From the NCBI RefSeq assembly GCF_032191835.1, contig NC_083239.1, forward strand, positions 39,494,001 to 39,558,000: 64,000 bases of DNA, written 5' to 3'. Both the position numbers and the translations under genes were made by a program. This document shows, one piece after another, positions 33,345 through 45,207 of the stretch. The notes below the pieces were generated by a model. That model saw only the letters and a list, made by a program, of their open reading frames with translations, made no database searches and was not told the DNA's origin. Each line of letters opens with the position of its first letter. The stretch's first letter is position 1. This DNA comes from Heteronotia binoei. Taxonomy: Eukaryota.

Positions 33345-34424
33345 TTATAAGTTCTGAGAGTCCAGGTGCACTGAGGATTTGGTCTTAGTTTGGGTTGTAC
33401 TTTGGCTTTCCTCCTCAGCGAAGGCGTTCTCAAATACCGAGAGGATGGAGTGTTTCAGCCTTTCCTTGAAATCGTGCCCCATGAAGACATACAGGATGGG
33501 ATTCAGGCAGCTGTTGATGAAGGCCAGGCTGGAAGCCAAAGGAACACCAATAAGGATTGTCGATTGCATTGCGGGATCCTTGTAGACGTGAAGCTCCAGG
33601 AAAGAGAAAACATGATAGGGGAGCCAGCAGACGAAAAAGGCCACAATCACTGCAGTGATGACCTTGAAGGGCTTGCTCGACCGGGCCAAGCGGTCCCTCT
33701 TCAGCCGCAGAACAATCGCCCCATAGCAAATAAGGATGACTTGAAAGGGGATCACAAAGGCAAAGATGAAACGGCTGATAATCACGGCATGGTGGGTGAC
33801 TTTGGCCTGTTTCTCATCATGGCTATAGTGGCTATAGCAGTAGATCTTATCAATACTCTGCAGGGTGCTCTTGAAATGGATGGTCGGCGAACTCAACATG
33901 AGGGCCAGAATCCAGACCCCGAGAGCCACAAAGGAAGCACATTGGGGGTTCCGGTGATTTTGAGCCCACACAGGACATAATACAGAAATACAGCGATCGA
34001 TGCTGATGACCATGAGGAGGTAGACGCTGGCATAAAGGTTGACAAAGGCCAAGATGCTGTTGAACTTGCACATGGCCTCCCCAAAGGGCCAGTGAAAGTC
34101 CAGGGCTAGGTAGGCAATGTTCAAGGGCAGGAAGAAGGTGAAGATGAAGTCAGCAATGGCCAAGTTGAGGAACCAGATGGTGTTGACCGTCTTCTTCATA
34201 CGGAAGCCGGTGATGAAAATGACCAGCCCGTTTCCGATGAACCCCAGAATGAAGGCAATGCTATAGATGACTATAGACAGGATGTTCAGCCTTTTCCGCA
34301 AAGTTGGTTCAAAGAGATAGTCTTCATCATCGTCATTATCATAATAGACATAATAGATGGCCGTGTCAACACTGGAATCTGGGTGAGCAACTTCAGTTGG
34401 GGTAAGTTGAGTTGTGTTGTCCAT
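33345..34424 (-). CDS. CMKLR1-like GPCR, copy 3, 359 aa
   Basis: Intact 7TM ORF with DRC, CWLPYH and NPILY; acceptor AG at 34467-34466; start MDNTT. Confidence 0.92.
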   Translation of the reverse strand: MDNTTQLTPTEVAHPDSSVDTAIYYVYYDNDDDEDYLFEPTLRKRLNILSIVIYSIAFILGFIGNGLVIFITGFRMKKTVNTIWFLNLAIADFIFTFFLPLNIAYLALDFHWPFGEAMCKFNSILAFVNLYASVYLLMVISIDRCISVLCPVWAQNHRNPQCASFVALGVWILALMLSSPTIHFKSTLQSIDKIYCYSHYSHDEKQAKVTHHAVIISRFIFAFVIPFQVILICYGAIVLRLKRDRLARSSKPFKVITAVIVAFFVCWLPYHVFSFLELHVYKDPAMQSTILIGVPLASSLAFINSCLNPILYVFMGHDFKERLKHSILSVFENAFAEEESQSTTQTKTKSSVHLDSQNL

Positions 34425-35711
34425 GGCCTTTTGGGGGACACTCTTCGTCTTGCTTCTGTCTTCTCCTGGATGGAAAAAGAAGAACATAAGTACTGCGTTG
34501 TGGGATCATATCATTGTCCATCTATCTGAGCAATCATTTCCCAACAGCTATCAACCTGTGCAGCTTCACAAGCAAAGACCTGTAGAGGACAGCTTTTGCC
34601 CTGGAATTGGTGCTCCAGCATCTGGCTGCCAGAAGGTTGAACCACAGAGTTTTGGTGGGATGCCAGAATGTCTCTGGCAACCCTCTGATGTTACTTCCAC
34701 TCATGTCAGAATTGACATCAGCATGTTAGTATGCTCATGATCGCTCCTCTCACCCCCCCCCCCATGTTCTCCCATGGCTCAGATGACCAGCAGCAGAAAG
34801 GACCCACTGAAGGTTGTAGATTCCCCACCCCAGCAGGAATTTGGAAAGCCTATGGGCCAACTAGGCTCTGCCCTGTTGGAAGTGCTTGATGCGATGTCCC
34901 TGGGTCTCAGACCTCCAAAAGCAAGTGACCACAGAGAATGCAAGCAGATAGGCAAACACTAAGCAACTTCCATTTGTCTTCTCTGTCTCTGTCTCTCTCT
35001 GCCTGTCTCTCACTGTCCCCCTCCCTCTCTCCCCCCCCCCCTTTCCCTTTCCATGCACACAAGATGGGAATCCAGAGTGCTCCTCTCTGTATCCACTCCC
35101 ATCTACTAGCTAGAAATCCTGTAACTCTTCACCCTGAACTGTCTCACATGTATTAAAGTAGTTATTATTTTGTTTCAATGTGAAACATGGCTCTGTGTAA
35201 CTTTATAACATTGTAAGCACATGGTCAGGTCTAAGACAAGCACTGCTGCATTAAAACCTTGTGCACTTTGCTAACAAAAGAAGGATCTGGACCACCAGAA
35301 CCAGTACCCTTCCCAGCAGGTTATAGGCCCAGCCTATTGCACCTGCTCAGAACTGAATCAGAAGCTGAACTCAAACGACTTGATGATGTTACACACTATC
35401 AAGGCATACAGATACCAAAAAGTGGGTCACAAAGCCTCTGAAAGTGGGGCTTGGGCCAGCCCTCCCTAATTGCCTCCCTTGCCTTTTCCATTGCTCTTTT
35501 TTTATTTTGGAAGCCAAGATCTGATCTTGAAAAAATGTCTTCCATGTCATACATTAGTTGGTATTTTTTTTCTTCCCTGCTTATACATGTTGAGCAAGGA
35601 AAATGTGTCCTGATGGTGGCTAGAGGGAGTTGCTTAGAAGTTTAGGGGAAGGGATTGAAGTAGGGTTGCCAGCCTCCAGGTGGGACCTGGAGATTTCCAA
35701 CTGATCTCCAG

Positions 35712-36830
35712 CATTAAGTTCTCCTTTCAGAGTGATCCAGATATGATAGACTTTCTGGACATGCTGGTTTTTCAGTTTGAGAACAACACAATAGCCATCA
35801 GAAACCATAAGAAACCTGTGGCTAAGAATAACTATTTACATTTTTCTTCATATCACCCACCCTATTTACGCAACAATTTGCCATATGGGCAGTTTCTATG
35901 GATAAAAAAAAATTGTACTCTGGAGAAAGATCTTTCCAAGGCAAGTAACCATTTGACTACACAGTTTAGGGAGAGAGGATACCCAGAACAAGTGATTAGA
36001 CAAGCTAGATCGAGGTCAGCTCAAAAGAACAGGTCCAAGATATTAAAAGGCAGCAGGGCAGATGGGAAGGAGAACAGATTGTCATGCTCCTTTCAATACA
36101 GCCTGCGGGCATTAGAAATAAAAAAAATTATTCTGCCAACACTGGAATATTGTAGCAGACATCTCAAGTTGTCCCCTCCCCCCACTAGTAGGTTTCTGGA
36201 GATCCCGAAATATACGAGCTATTTTAATTAAAACTGACTTACCGAGTGAAAGTGTTCCTTCACGTTTGCCTGTTGGACATTTCCGGTGCGGGGGGTGCAA
36301 AGCTTGTGGATATGCGTTAACTATTACATCAGATAATGACCCTAGGTCCAATGTAAAGGTTGATCTAACTTCATTTACTAACTGCAACTCTAAAAATGTG
36401 ATTTATGCCTTGATATGTGGAGATTGTTCTAAAATATATGTGGGTTGTTCAAAGAGAACTATAAACACACGTGTCTTAGAACATATTTCCCATGTTCGTC
36501 ACCAGGTTCCGGGTGCTTTTCCAACATTTTATAGAGACTAATCATGATATCGAGTCCTTAAGGTTTGTTGTAATTCAGAAGTTGGAGAGATCTGAGTGTA
36601 AAGGAGGTGATCCATATAGGATTTTATTGGAAAACGAGGCTCGATGGATTCATCGCCTCAACTCAATGGAAACCTTTGACTTGAATCAATCTAATGATTT
36701 GTCATGCTATATCTAAGTGTTTACTGGAGTACATGTTGTAAAATAGTTTACTGAGTTTTATAGTCATGGTCATGTTGCGATTATGCGCAACAGCTGTGGT
36801 AGAAGTTACATTGCTTGTGTGCGAGTGCAA
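35712..36830 (+). mobile_element. Penelope-like element (Neptune-type), 5'-truncated and frameshifted; RT thumb plus GIY-YIG endonuclease
   Basis: YLHFSSYHPPYLRNNLPYGQF and FRERGYP (RT C-terminus); CGGCKAC...NCNSKNVIYALICGDCSKIYVG...RVLEH...EARWIHRLNS (GIY-YIG with zinc motif), spread over three frames. Confidence 0.88.
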
Positions 36831-36986
36831 TTCAAGCCATCTCTTGAAAAGAATGCCTAAAGAAATGGTGTTCTCCCAGAATTAGAACTGATTTCCAGGC
36901 TACAGACAAAATGGCAGCTTTGGATGGCCAACTCAATGGGATCAGATCCCTGCTGAGCTGTGTCCCCACCTCACCCTCCACCCACA

Positions 36987-37470
36987 AGGGTTGCCAGGTC
37001 TGACTCAAGAAATATCTGGGCACTTTGGTGGGTGGAGCCAGGAGACACTGGGGGAGGAGCCAGGAGCAAGGGTGTGATAAGCACAACTGAACTCCAAAAG
37101 GGAGTTATGGCCAGCATATTGAAAGGGACTGTGTGCCTTTTAAATGCCTTCCCTCCATTGGAAATAATGAAGGATAGGGGCATCTTCTTTGAGGGCTCAT
37201 AGAATTGGACCCCCTTGTCCAATCTTTTTTAAAACTTGGGAGTTGTTTTGAGGAGAATCCCTGGATGCGATGCTAAAAATTTAGTGTTTCTGCCTCAAAA
37301 AACAGCTCCCCCCCCCCCCGAGTCCCAGATATCCACAGATCTATTCTTCATTATACCCTATGGGAATCGGTCTCCAAAGGGAATAATGGAGTGCCCAGCA
37401 GACATTCCTTCCCCCGCTTTCTGATGACCCTCAAGCAGGGGGGAGGGCCTTAAAACTAGGGGATCTCCTG
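36987..37470 (+). mobile_element. hAT MITE
   Basis: agggttgccaggtctgactcaagaaatatctggg start and conserved internal blocks. Confidence 0.65.
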
Positions 37471-38507
37471 CCCCAAAATGAGAATAAACAATTATAACAA
37501 ATTTTAAAAAAACAAGAATAACAATTTAATAGACCAGGTATAAGGTTAAAAATCCATAGTTTGCAATGCACAATTCCATACAATGCCCTGTATTTCAGGC
37601 CACGGGTTGCCCCAACTGTGGATTGGCAACCGTACCACTGACACTCCAAATCTCCAGGAATTTCCCAACTCAGAGTTAGCAACCCTACTTAACCACACCA
37701 GCACCACCCTGAGGAACAAGGCAGTTCCGAGTGGCACAAGTCCAGTTCCCTGTTTTGGTCAGCAGAAATGTAGATCCTGTTTCACATCTCAAGCATTTGG
37801 CTGCAGAGCCGTCCCCACCATTCACCTCCGCAGCAGCGCTCCCACCCACATGAGGCCCCCCAGAAGCATTTGACAAGGAAAGGAGCACGCATCCCTTACG
37901 TGGCAACTGCCATTTCAGTGGTTCCCATGGTTTCCAGTGTTTCAGGCAGGTAGCCATGTTGGTCTTCAGTTGAACAGCAAGATTCGAGTCTCAGAGCACC
38001 CTGAAGACCACCAAGATGGCCAAAGCTCTCAAGAGTCAAAGTTCCCTTTGTCTGTTACAAGGAGGTTTCGATGGAGGGTCACCAGGTCTCTTCTGGGCAC
38101 CAGAAGGTAGGGTTGCCAGCCTCCGGGTGGGACCTGGGGATCCCCTGGAAATACAGCTTATCACTGGACGGAAAATATCAGTCCCTCTGCAGAAAATGGC
38201 CACTTTTGAAGGTGGACTCTGTGGCATTGTACCTCACTGAAATCCCTGTCCTCCTAAGGCCCCATCCCCAAATCTCCAGGAGTTTCCAAACCTAGAGCTG
38301 GTAACACCAGACACAGTATCCCTGGCCAAACTGGCCTGGAAAAAATTGCTTCCTGACCCCAAACTGGTGATTGACATTCTCCTGGGCTTATAAGAAAGGG
38401 CCATAAGAACTAATCACTGATGTGATCCTTCCTGCCCTCCTTCTCTGCCCAAGTTCACAGAATCAACATTGCTCAGAACTCTGCATGGTTCATTGGCTTG
38501 CACTGAC

Positions 38508-38716
38508 CTGGTTGGAGGTTGAACGGTGTCCCAAATGGGAGAATGCAGACTTCTGTGTGGGATTTCCCACGGAAGAACAGATCAAGAGATTCTGGACGAA
38601 CGAATAATGAAGTCCTTCAGTCAACTGATGGATGTTCAGCGATGAAGCTGATCACTTGCTAGTCCTCTTACTGCCCCACCTTCCTTGTTATGCTTCTCAA
38701 GCCTTCCTCTTATACA
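38508..38716 (-). promoter_or_regulatory. Putative promoter and non-coding first exon of copy 3
   Basis: TATAAGAGGAAG (TATAA at 38714-38710) and donor CAG|GTCAGT (GT at 38507-38506). Confidence 0.5.
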
Positions 38717-39257
38717 TGAGCTCTTAAGGGGGTGTGGAAATTCTGGATGGTCTATATCTAAGCATCAACTTTGTAGGTCGATGGGGAAGTTGGGCACTGT
38801 TCTGTGACACACTGTGGTTCATGTTGTTAATGTAGAAAAGCAACCCAAGGATTCTTTCAGCAATGGTTGAGTTTGCAGATAATGTAAGGTGGAGTGGAAC
38901 CCCAGGTCCCAGCTGGCTCTGTTCCTAAGCCTTTAACAGGGCTTTATTTGTAGCATGAACTCCTTTGCCTATTAGGCCACACACCCCTGATGTAGCCAAG
39001 GAAGGACTTCAGTTCCTCCTAGGTTCTGTGCTATACCATAGAAACTGTCCTCCAAAGCTGCCATTTCCTTCCAGGGAACTGATTTCTGTTCTCTGGTGAT
39101 CGATGGTGATTTCCATGTGATCTCCAGGCCTTACCTGGTGGTTGGCAACCTATCTGTTATGTATATGACTCTATGTGTACCAATGGGTGTTCCTGCCTGG
39201 CACATTGGAGCCTGAAAGACTGACCTTGGGGCCTTAGGAACAATGGGCAGTAGGATC

Positions 39258-39619
39258 TGTTGTGTCCTAGGTTCAAATGGAGAACTGTTACTTTTGGAGG
39301 GAACTGTTACTTTTGGAGGGAAGCTTGTACTCCACACCAGGGTTCCAGAGAAGGCCTAAGCGTGCCCAATCAGGGGAAGGATTGAAACATAAGTAGCCAA
39401 TCAACATCTAGGCTCATACTGTACCCTGATAGGCCCTTAGGCCTCTGTAAATAGCCAATCCATGTACATAGTTAAGGTCCAATCAGAAGGGAGCAAGAAT
39501 TGTATAAAGGAGCGGGAGGTTTGAATAGAGCTCAGTCTGTGTTTCTGTTCCTGAAGTAAAGCTTGCTGAAATCACTCTCCAACTCTGGTTTCTTACTGCG
39601 CCAACCCCAGTACTTTACA
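39258..39619 (+). repeat. Gypsy 5' LTR, 362 bp
   Basis: TG...CA ends, four CCAAT boxes, TATAAA, AGTAAA. Confidence 0.95.
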
Positions 39620-39620
39620 C

Positions 39621-39638
39621 TGGCGATGAGGATGGGAT
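39621..39638 (+). other. Primer-binding site, tRNA-Ser(GCT)-like
   Basis: TGGCGATGAGGATGGGAT versus the expected TGGCGACGAGGATGGGAT recalled for tRNA-Ser(GCT); one mismatch. Confidence 0.75.
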
Positions 39639-39760
39639 GCCAGTAAGAACCAGCAACAGAACCAGGATCACGGAAAGGTGGCTAAATCCAAGCCATCTGG
39701 GTCCGCACCTCCGCTCTGCGCACACCCCAGCTCGCAAGCCGCCCAGACACGCTGCCAAGA

Positions 39761-42700
39761 ATGGAGGCTCCAGCCAACCTCCTACAGCCCTTTAGCATCG
39801 ATCGCCCCGAGCTGTGGGACTGGTGGGTCAAAGGCTTCCAGTCATACCTGACCTTCCAGAAGATTACAGAGACTACCATGCAGAGAGCTCTGCTTATCAG
39901 TACGTGTGGCACAGAGACCGTGGACTTAGCCAGGGCTCTTCTCCAACCCAGGAAGCTCTCAGAGACGCCGGTGGACGACATCATCAGCGCTCTGGAGAAG
40001 TATTTCCAGCCCCAGCCAACCAAGCTCACCCGGCACTGGGACTTCCGACAAAGGACACAGAAGGCAGGCGAAACCACGATGGCGTTCTTGACAAGCCTGC
40101 GCCGGGTGGCAAGCCGATGCAGTTTCGCAGACCTCAACGAAGCCCTTCTCGACCAGTTTGTATGGGGCTTGAGGGACGAAAAACTAGTACAGAAACTCCT
40201 GTCCCTCTCCGAGTGCGACCTAACAAAGGCAATCGATGTGGCCACCAGCTGGGAGAAGGGCAGATCAGCAGAGCCACGGCTGACAAGACAGGCTGCAGCA
40301 CACCAGATCAGCCCTGAACCACCTACAGAGGACTCAGACGAGGACAAAGCTCTACAAACCGGCTATCGTTCAGCAGGGAGGAAGACCACCCACGTCCCAC
40401 AGGGCATGAGACACAAGACACTACCTGCATGTGCAAGTTGCGGGGGCCAGCACGAGCGGAAGACCTGCCGATTCCGGAATGCCACCTGTCGACTCTGCAA
40501 CAAGGAAGGCCACATCGCCTGCACCTGCAGATCCAAATCCCGAGCACGCGTCCCGCAAAGATCTGCGCACTCCGAAGGCCAGCCAGACTTCGAGACCGAC
40601 GCTCTCCACGCCCACCCATAACCGGTACAGTACCTACCCTCGCCAGTCAGGCCCTCCAAAATCCGGGTCAATGTAGGGATCGGGGGGGTGCCCTGCCAAA
40701 TGGAGGTGGACTCTGGGTCAGCATCATCTATTATAGCGGCAGAGACATTTTTTAAAATTCCCACCAGGCTGAGGCCTCGTCTCAGGAACCCGGGGTTTAC
40801 CTTAGTGGACTTCCAGAAGAATAAGGTGCCTATCTTGGGAGTGGGCCCGGTCCCAGTCCAATACAAGGGGTTCAAGGGCCAGCTACAAGTGCTAGTGGTC
40901 AAGAATCACCCTACAAACCTTTTGGGTCTCGACTGGTTCAAGCCCCTGGGAATAGAGATCAGGGGGGTCAATAAGACTGTCGGAGTGGACTTTAACAAGG
41001 TTTGCGAAGAGTTCCCGGCCGTTTTCGATGGCACCTTGGGCTGCTACACGGGTCCCCCGGTTACACTACACCTCGACCCCACAGTGCGGCCTATTAGGCT
41101 TAAAGCGCGGTGAGTTCCATTCGCGCTCAAGCCTAAAATTGAGGAGGAACTGGATAAACTGATTGCACAGGGAATACTAGAGCCTGTCACCCACGCAACC
41201 TGGGAAACTCCCATCGTGACTCCATTCAAGCCCAGTGGGGAGGTGCGGATTTGTGCAGACTATAAGTGCACCCTCAACAAGGCTCTTCAGGCCCACGCAT
41301 ACCCTGTGCCCATCGTCAGTCACGTTTTAGCCACCCTAGCCGGCGCAAAAATTTTTGGCAAGTTGGACTTGGCCCAAGCTTACCAACAGCTGCCGGTGGA
41401 TGAGGCCACGGCCAACGCCCAAACAACTGTGACCCACCGGGGGGCCTTTAGAGTAAAGCGGTTGCAATTTGGCGTGAGTGTGGCTCCGGGGTTGTTCCAG
41501 GAACTCATGGACTCTCTTTTAAAAGGACTTCCTGGAGTCACTCCATTCTTCGATGATGTGCTGATCACGGCAGCCTCGCCTGAAGAATTCGCCGCCCGCC
41601 TTAGAGGAGTCCTACAACGTTTTGAAACAGCCGGCCTCAAGGTCAAACGGGAGAAGTGCCTCCTGGGCGTGGATCGGGTGGAATTCCTGGGGTTCTCCAT
41701 CGATGCCCAGGGGGTCCACCCCTCCGACGCCAAGCTGCGTGCCATCAGAGATGCTCCAGCGCCCACCAACAGGCAAGAACTCCAGGCCTTCCTCGGCCTC
41801 CTAAACTTTTATCATGCTTTTCTCCCCCACAAGGCAGCGGTGGCCGAACCCCTGCACCAACTTCTAGACAAGAACCGACCCTGGGCATGGGGCCGCCAGC
41901 ACGCTAAAGCCTTCCAGGATATCAAGGGCCTCCTGATGTCCAACTCCGTCCTTGCCCATTTCGACGAGACCCTGCCCTTGGTCCTTGCATGCGACGCATC
42001 CCCTTATGGCGTGGGGGCCACCGACTCCTTGATGGGACCGAAGTCCCTATCGCGTACTACTCGCGGACCCTCTCGTCGGCGGAGCGGAACTACGCCCAAA
42101 TCGACAAAGAAGGGTTGGCAGTTGTGGCCGGCGTCAAAAAATTTCATGATTACATCTACGGCCGGCCCTTTACCCTCTATACGGACCACAAACCCCTCTT
42201 GGGCCTCTTTGCATCAGACCGGCAGACCCCTCAGGTGTTGTCCCCACGGGTCCTCCGTTGGTCCATTTTTCTAGCCGGCTACACTTACACCCTAGTGCAT
42301 CGCCCGGGCAAGGCAATGGGCCATGCTGACGCCCTGAGCCGCTTGCCCTTACCTGATGTGGATCCCGATCCAGCCCCGGCTCATCAGATCCTACTGATGG
42401 ACATGCTTCCGGACAGGCCATTGCTCGCCCGCGACGTTGCTGCCCGCTCCGCTCGTGATCAAGTCCTCTCCCGTGTCTTGGATTGGGTGGGGAGGGGGTG
42501 GCCCAAGGTCTTGACTGGGCCGGAATTTACTCCATTTGCAGCCCGGAAAGACGAACTATCCACCCATAAAGGCTGCCTACTATGGGGCAACAGAGTCGTC
42601 ATCCCCAAACCCTTGCAAGACCAAGTGCTTAGAGCCCTGCACGAGGCACACTCGGGCATAGTCCGCATGAAGGCTCTCGCATGAAGTCCGCATGAAGGCT

Positions 42701-43787
42701 CTCTGGTGGCCCGGCCTCGATGCAGAAATTGAGGCTTGGGTTAAAAGGTGCCCGACATGCCAGGTGTCAAGGCCTGACCCCCCCACGTGGCCCAGTGCAA
42801 CCATGGGAATCCACCAAAACCCCCTGGTCAAGACTGCATATGGACTTTGCTGGCCCCTTCCATGGGCGGACTCTACTCATACTAGTGGATACATACTCCA
42901 AGTGGTTGGAGGTGGTCCAGGTGCCCTCGCCATCATCGCAGGCGACCATCACAGCTCTGAGGGCCATCTTTGCAACCCACGGATTGCCGGAGACCATCGT
43001 CACCGACAACGGCACAGCATTCACGTCCGCAGTGTTCCAGGACTTCTTAGCCAGGAACCTCATCAGGCACATTCGCTCTGCCCCGTTTCATCCAGCCACC
43101 AACCGCCAGGCAGAGCGGATGGTGCACACGGCAAAGGAGGCCTTGAACCGTCTGGGCCCCTCAGACTGGCCAAAAGACTTGGCGTGTTTCCTAATGGCCT
43201 ACCGGACCACACCCACCACCTCCACAGGTCGCAGTCCAACCGAACTCCTCATGGGCCGCCGCATCACCACCCTGCTGGACAAGCTGCACCCTGACCGAGC
43301 CCCAGACAGGCGACCGGCGCCGGAACACCTTAAAGCCCCCAGAGGGTTCTACCCAGGTGAGACAGTGTGGGCACGGAACTATGCCACCACTGGCCCCGCC
43401 TGGCTCCCTGGAAAGGTGGACCATGTCACCGGACCGGTCTCCTATGCAGTGACCTTGGAGGGTGGACATCTCCTGAGGCGACACATCGACCAACTCCGTG
43501 GTCGCCTGCCTGCCAGGGAGCCAAGGTCAGAGGCTCCAGATCCGGACAACGTAAGTCCCCGTGAGCCTGACACAGAACAGGGTTCCGTGGAGCCCACTTC
43601 GGCCCAGCAGGAGGAGACCCCCGACCGTGCAGCTGAACCCAGGTCTCCCGGGGCCGCCGTCCCAGATGTCTCCAGCTCTGCAGCCGCGGAACCACCAACC
43701 GAGTCGGAACGCCCAGTCCCCTCGGAGCTCCGACGCTCGACACGAGACCGCCGCCCTCCGGCATATCTCCAGGACTATGTCACCTGA
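39761..43787 (+). pseudogene. Gypsy gag-pol, broken into five ORF pieces
   Basis: Gag with tandem Cys/His knuckles (CASCGGQH...C, CRLCNKEGH...C); protease EVDSGS; RT FFDDVLI; RNase H ACDASPYG; integrase LHMDFAGP...DNG...E. Stops at 40619-40621 and 41111-41113, frameshifts near 42020 and 42690. Confidence 0.92.
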
Positions 43788-43811
43788 TAGCTGGAACTAT
43801 GGGGGGAGGGG

Positions 43812-44187
43812 TGTTGTGTCCTAGGTTCAAATGGAGAACTGTTACGTTTGGAGGGAACTGTTACTTTTGGAGGGAAGCTGAACAAGCCAAGCTTGTACTC
43901 CACACCAGGGTTCCAGAGAAGGCCTAAGCGTGCCCAATCAGGGGAAGGATTGAAACATAAGTAGCTAATCAACATCTAGGCTCATACTGTACCCTGATAG
44001 GCCCTTAGGCCTCTGTAAATAGCCAATCCATGTACATAGTTAAGGTCCAATCAGAAGGGGGCAAGAATTGTATAAAGGAGCGGGAGGTTTGAATAGAGCT
44101 CAGTCTGTGTTTGTGTTCCTGAAGTAAAGCTTGCTGAAATCACTCTCCGACTCTGGTTTCTTACTGCGCCAACCCCAGTACTTTACA
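43812..44187 (+). repeat. Gypsy 3' LTR, 376 bp
   Basis: Differs from the 5' LTR by 5 substitutions and a 14-bp indel by my manual alignment. Confidence 0.95.
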
Positions 44188-44282
44188 GGATCCAAATCTC
44201 AACAGCCCTGCTCCAATCACAGGGCCCCTGTTGGTTTGAAAGACCCAATAACATGCTAGCATGGGAACCCAGTGTTGTATAT

Positions 44283-44417
44283 CAGGGGTGGCCAACGGTA
44301 GATCTCTAGATGTTTTTTGCCTACAACTCCCATCAGCCCCAGCCATTGGCCATGCTGAATGAGGCTGATGGGAGTTGTAGGCAAAAACATCTGGAGAGCT
44401 ACCATTGGCCACCCCTG
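44283..44417. mobile_element. Short palindromic hAT MITE (paralogous copy 54356-54490)
   Basis: CAGGGGTGGCCAA...TTGGCCACCCCTG; 8-bp TSD TTGTATAT perfect in the 54356 copy; empty site near 14478. Confidence 0.88.
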
Positions 44418-45207
44418 TTGTCTATAGTTGGCCCAGCAGGCCGCATTTGCCAGTTCAGTTAGTGCAGCCAGCCACCATGCTGTACTCAATAAAGAGCTTG
44501 TTATCACAACTACATCGCCTCTTCAATACCTAAGAACCCACTATATTTTACTATCTTTAAACTTTTCCATTTCCATTGTTTGCACAAAATACACCCCTCC
44601 ACATACAAGAGAGTTGCTGCTATTTAGTTATGCCTTTCATGACATATTTAGGATCTCACAAACCCCACTGTTTTCTTTCTAGACATCAGCCAAGCAGCTT
44701 CCAGTCAGAAACCGTTCAGTAGCCCAAGCCCAGGAGCTAGCCCCCCTCCCCACATCCAATAAAACGGGTGAAACTGAATATTTCCTCACATTTCTTCACT
44801 TTCTTCCCTTAAAAAATTGCTAGAGCTCCTTTCTTCCCTTTGGCTCACATCCTGCTCTGGCAGTCGAGTTGGTTATGCCAGTTATTTCCAAATGACGTTC
44901 TTTAAGTAAGAGGGCCAAAGCTCATTTCCTTTAGTCTCTGATCTGTTTACTTGGTTACAACCCTTGGCCTGGAAGGGAATATTTGTAGTCACCTTCATTG
45001 ATTCTCTCCAGGCCTAGAATCCTGTAGAGACCCCAGAAATATATATATATTTTCACCCACTGACAGGTTCTTATGTGGCGGTGATGGAAAGCACTTTCTA
45101 GTCACAGCTGACTGCCGGAGATGTTGTGGGGTTTTCAAGAGAAGAGATGTTCAAAGGTGGTTTGCCATTGCTTGCTTCCTTGTCACAACCCTGGACTTCC
45201 TTTATGG

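Larger units (their letters stand above)
39258..44187 (+). mobile_element. Full-length Gypsy (Mag-like) LTR retrotransposon with disrupted gag-pol
   Basis: Two LTRs, 5-bp TSD GGATC (39253-39257, 44188-44192), PBS, and PPT ggggggagggg at 43801-43811; domain order gag-PR-RT-RH-IN. Confidence 0.96.

Noticed and set aside
39682-40347. Antisense or alternative-frame ORFs within the Gypsy element as accessory genes or env
   Set aside because: GC-rich shadow ORFs with no recognisable motif; there is no room for env between integrase and the PPT.
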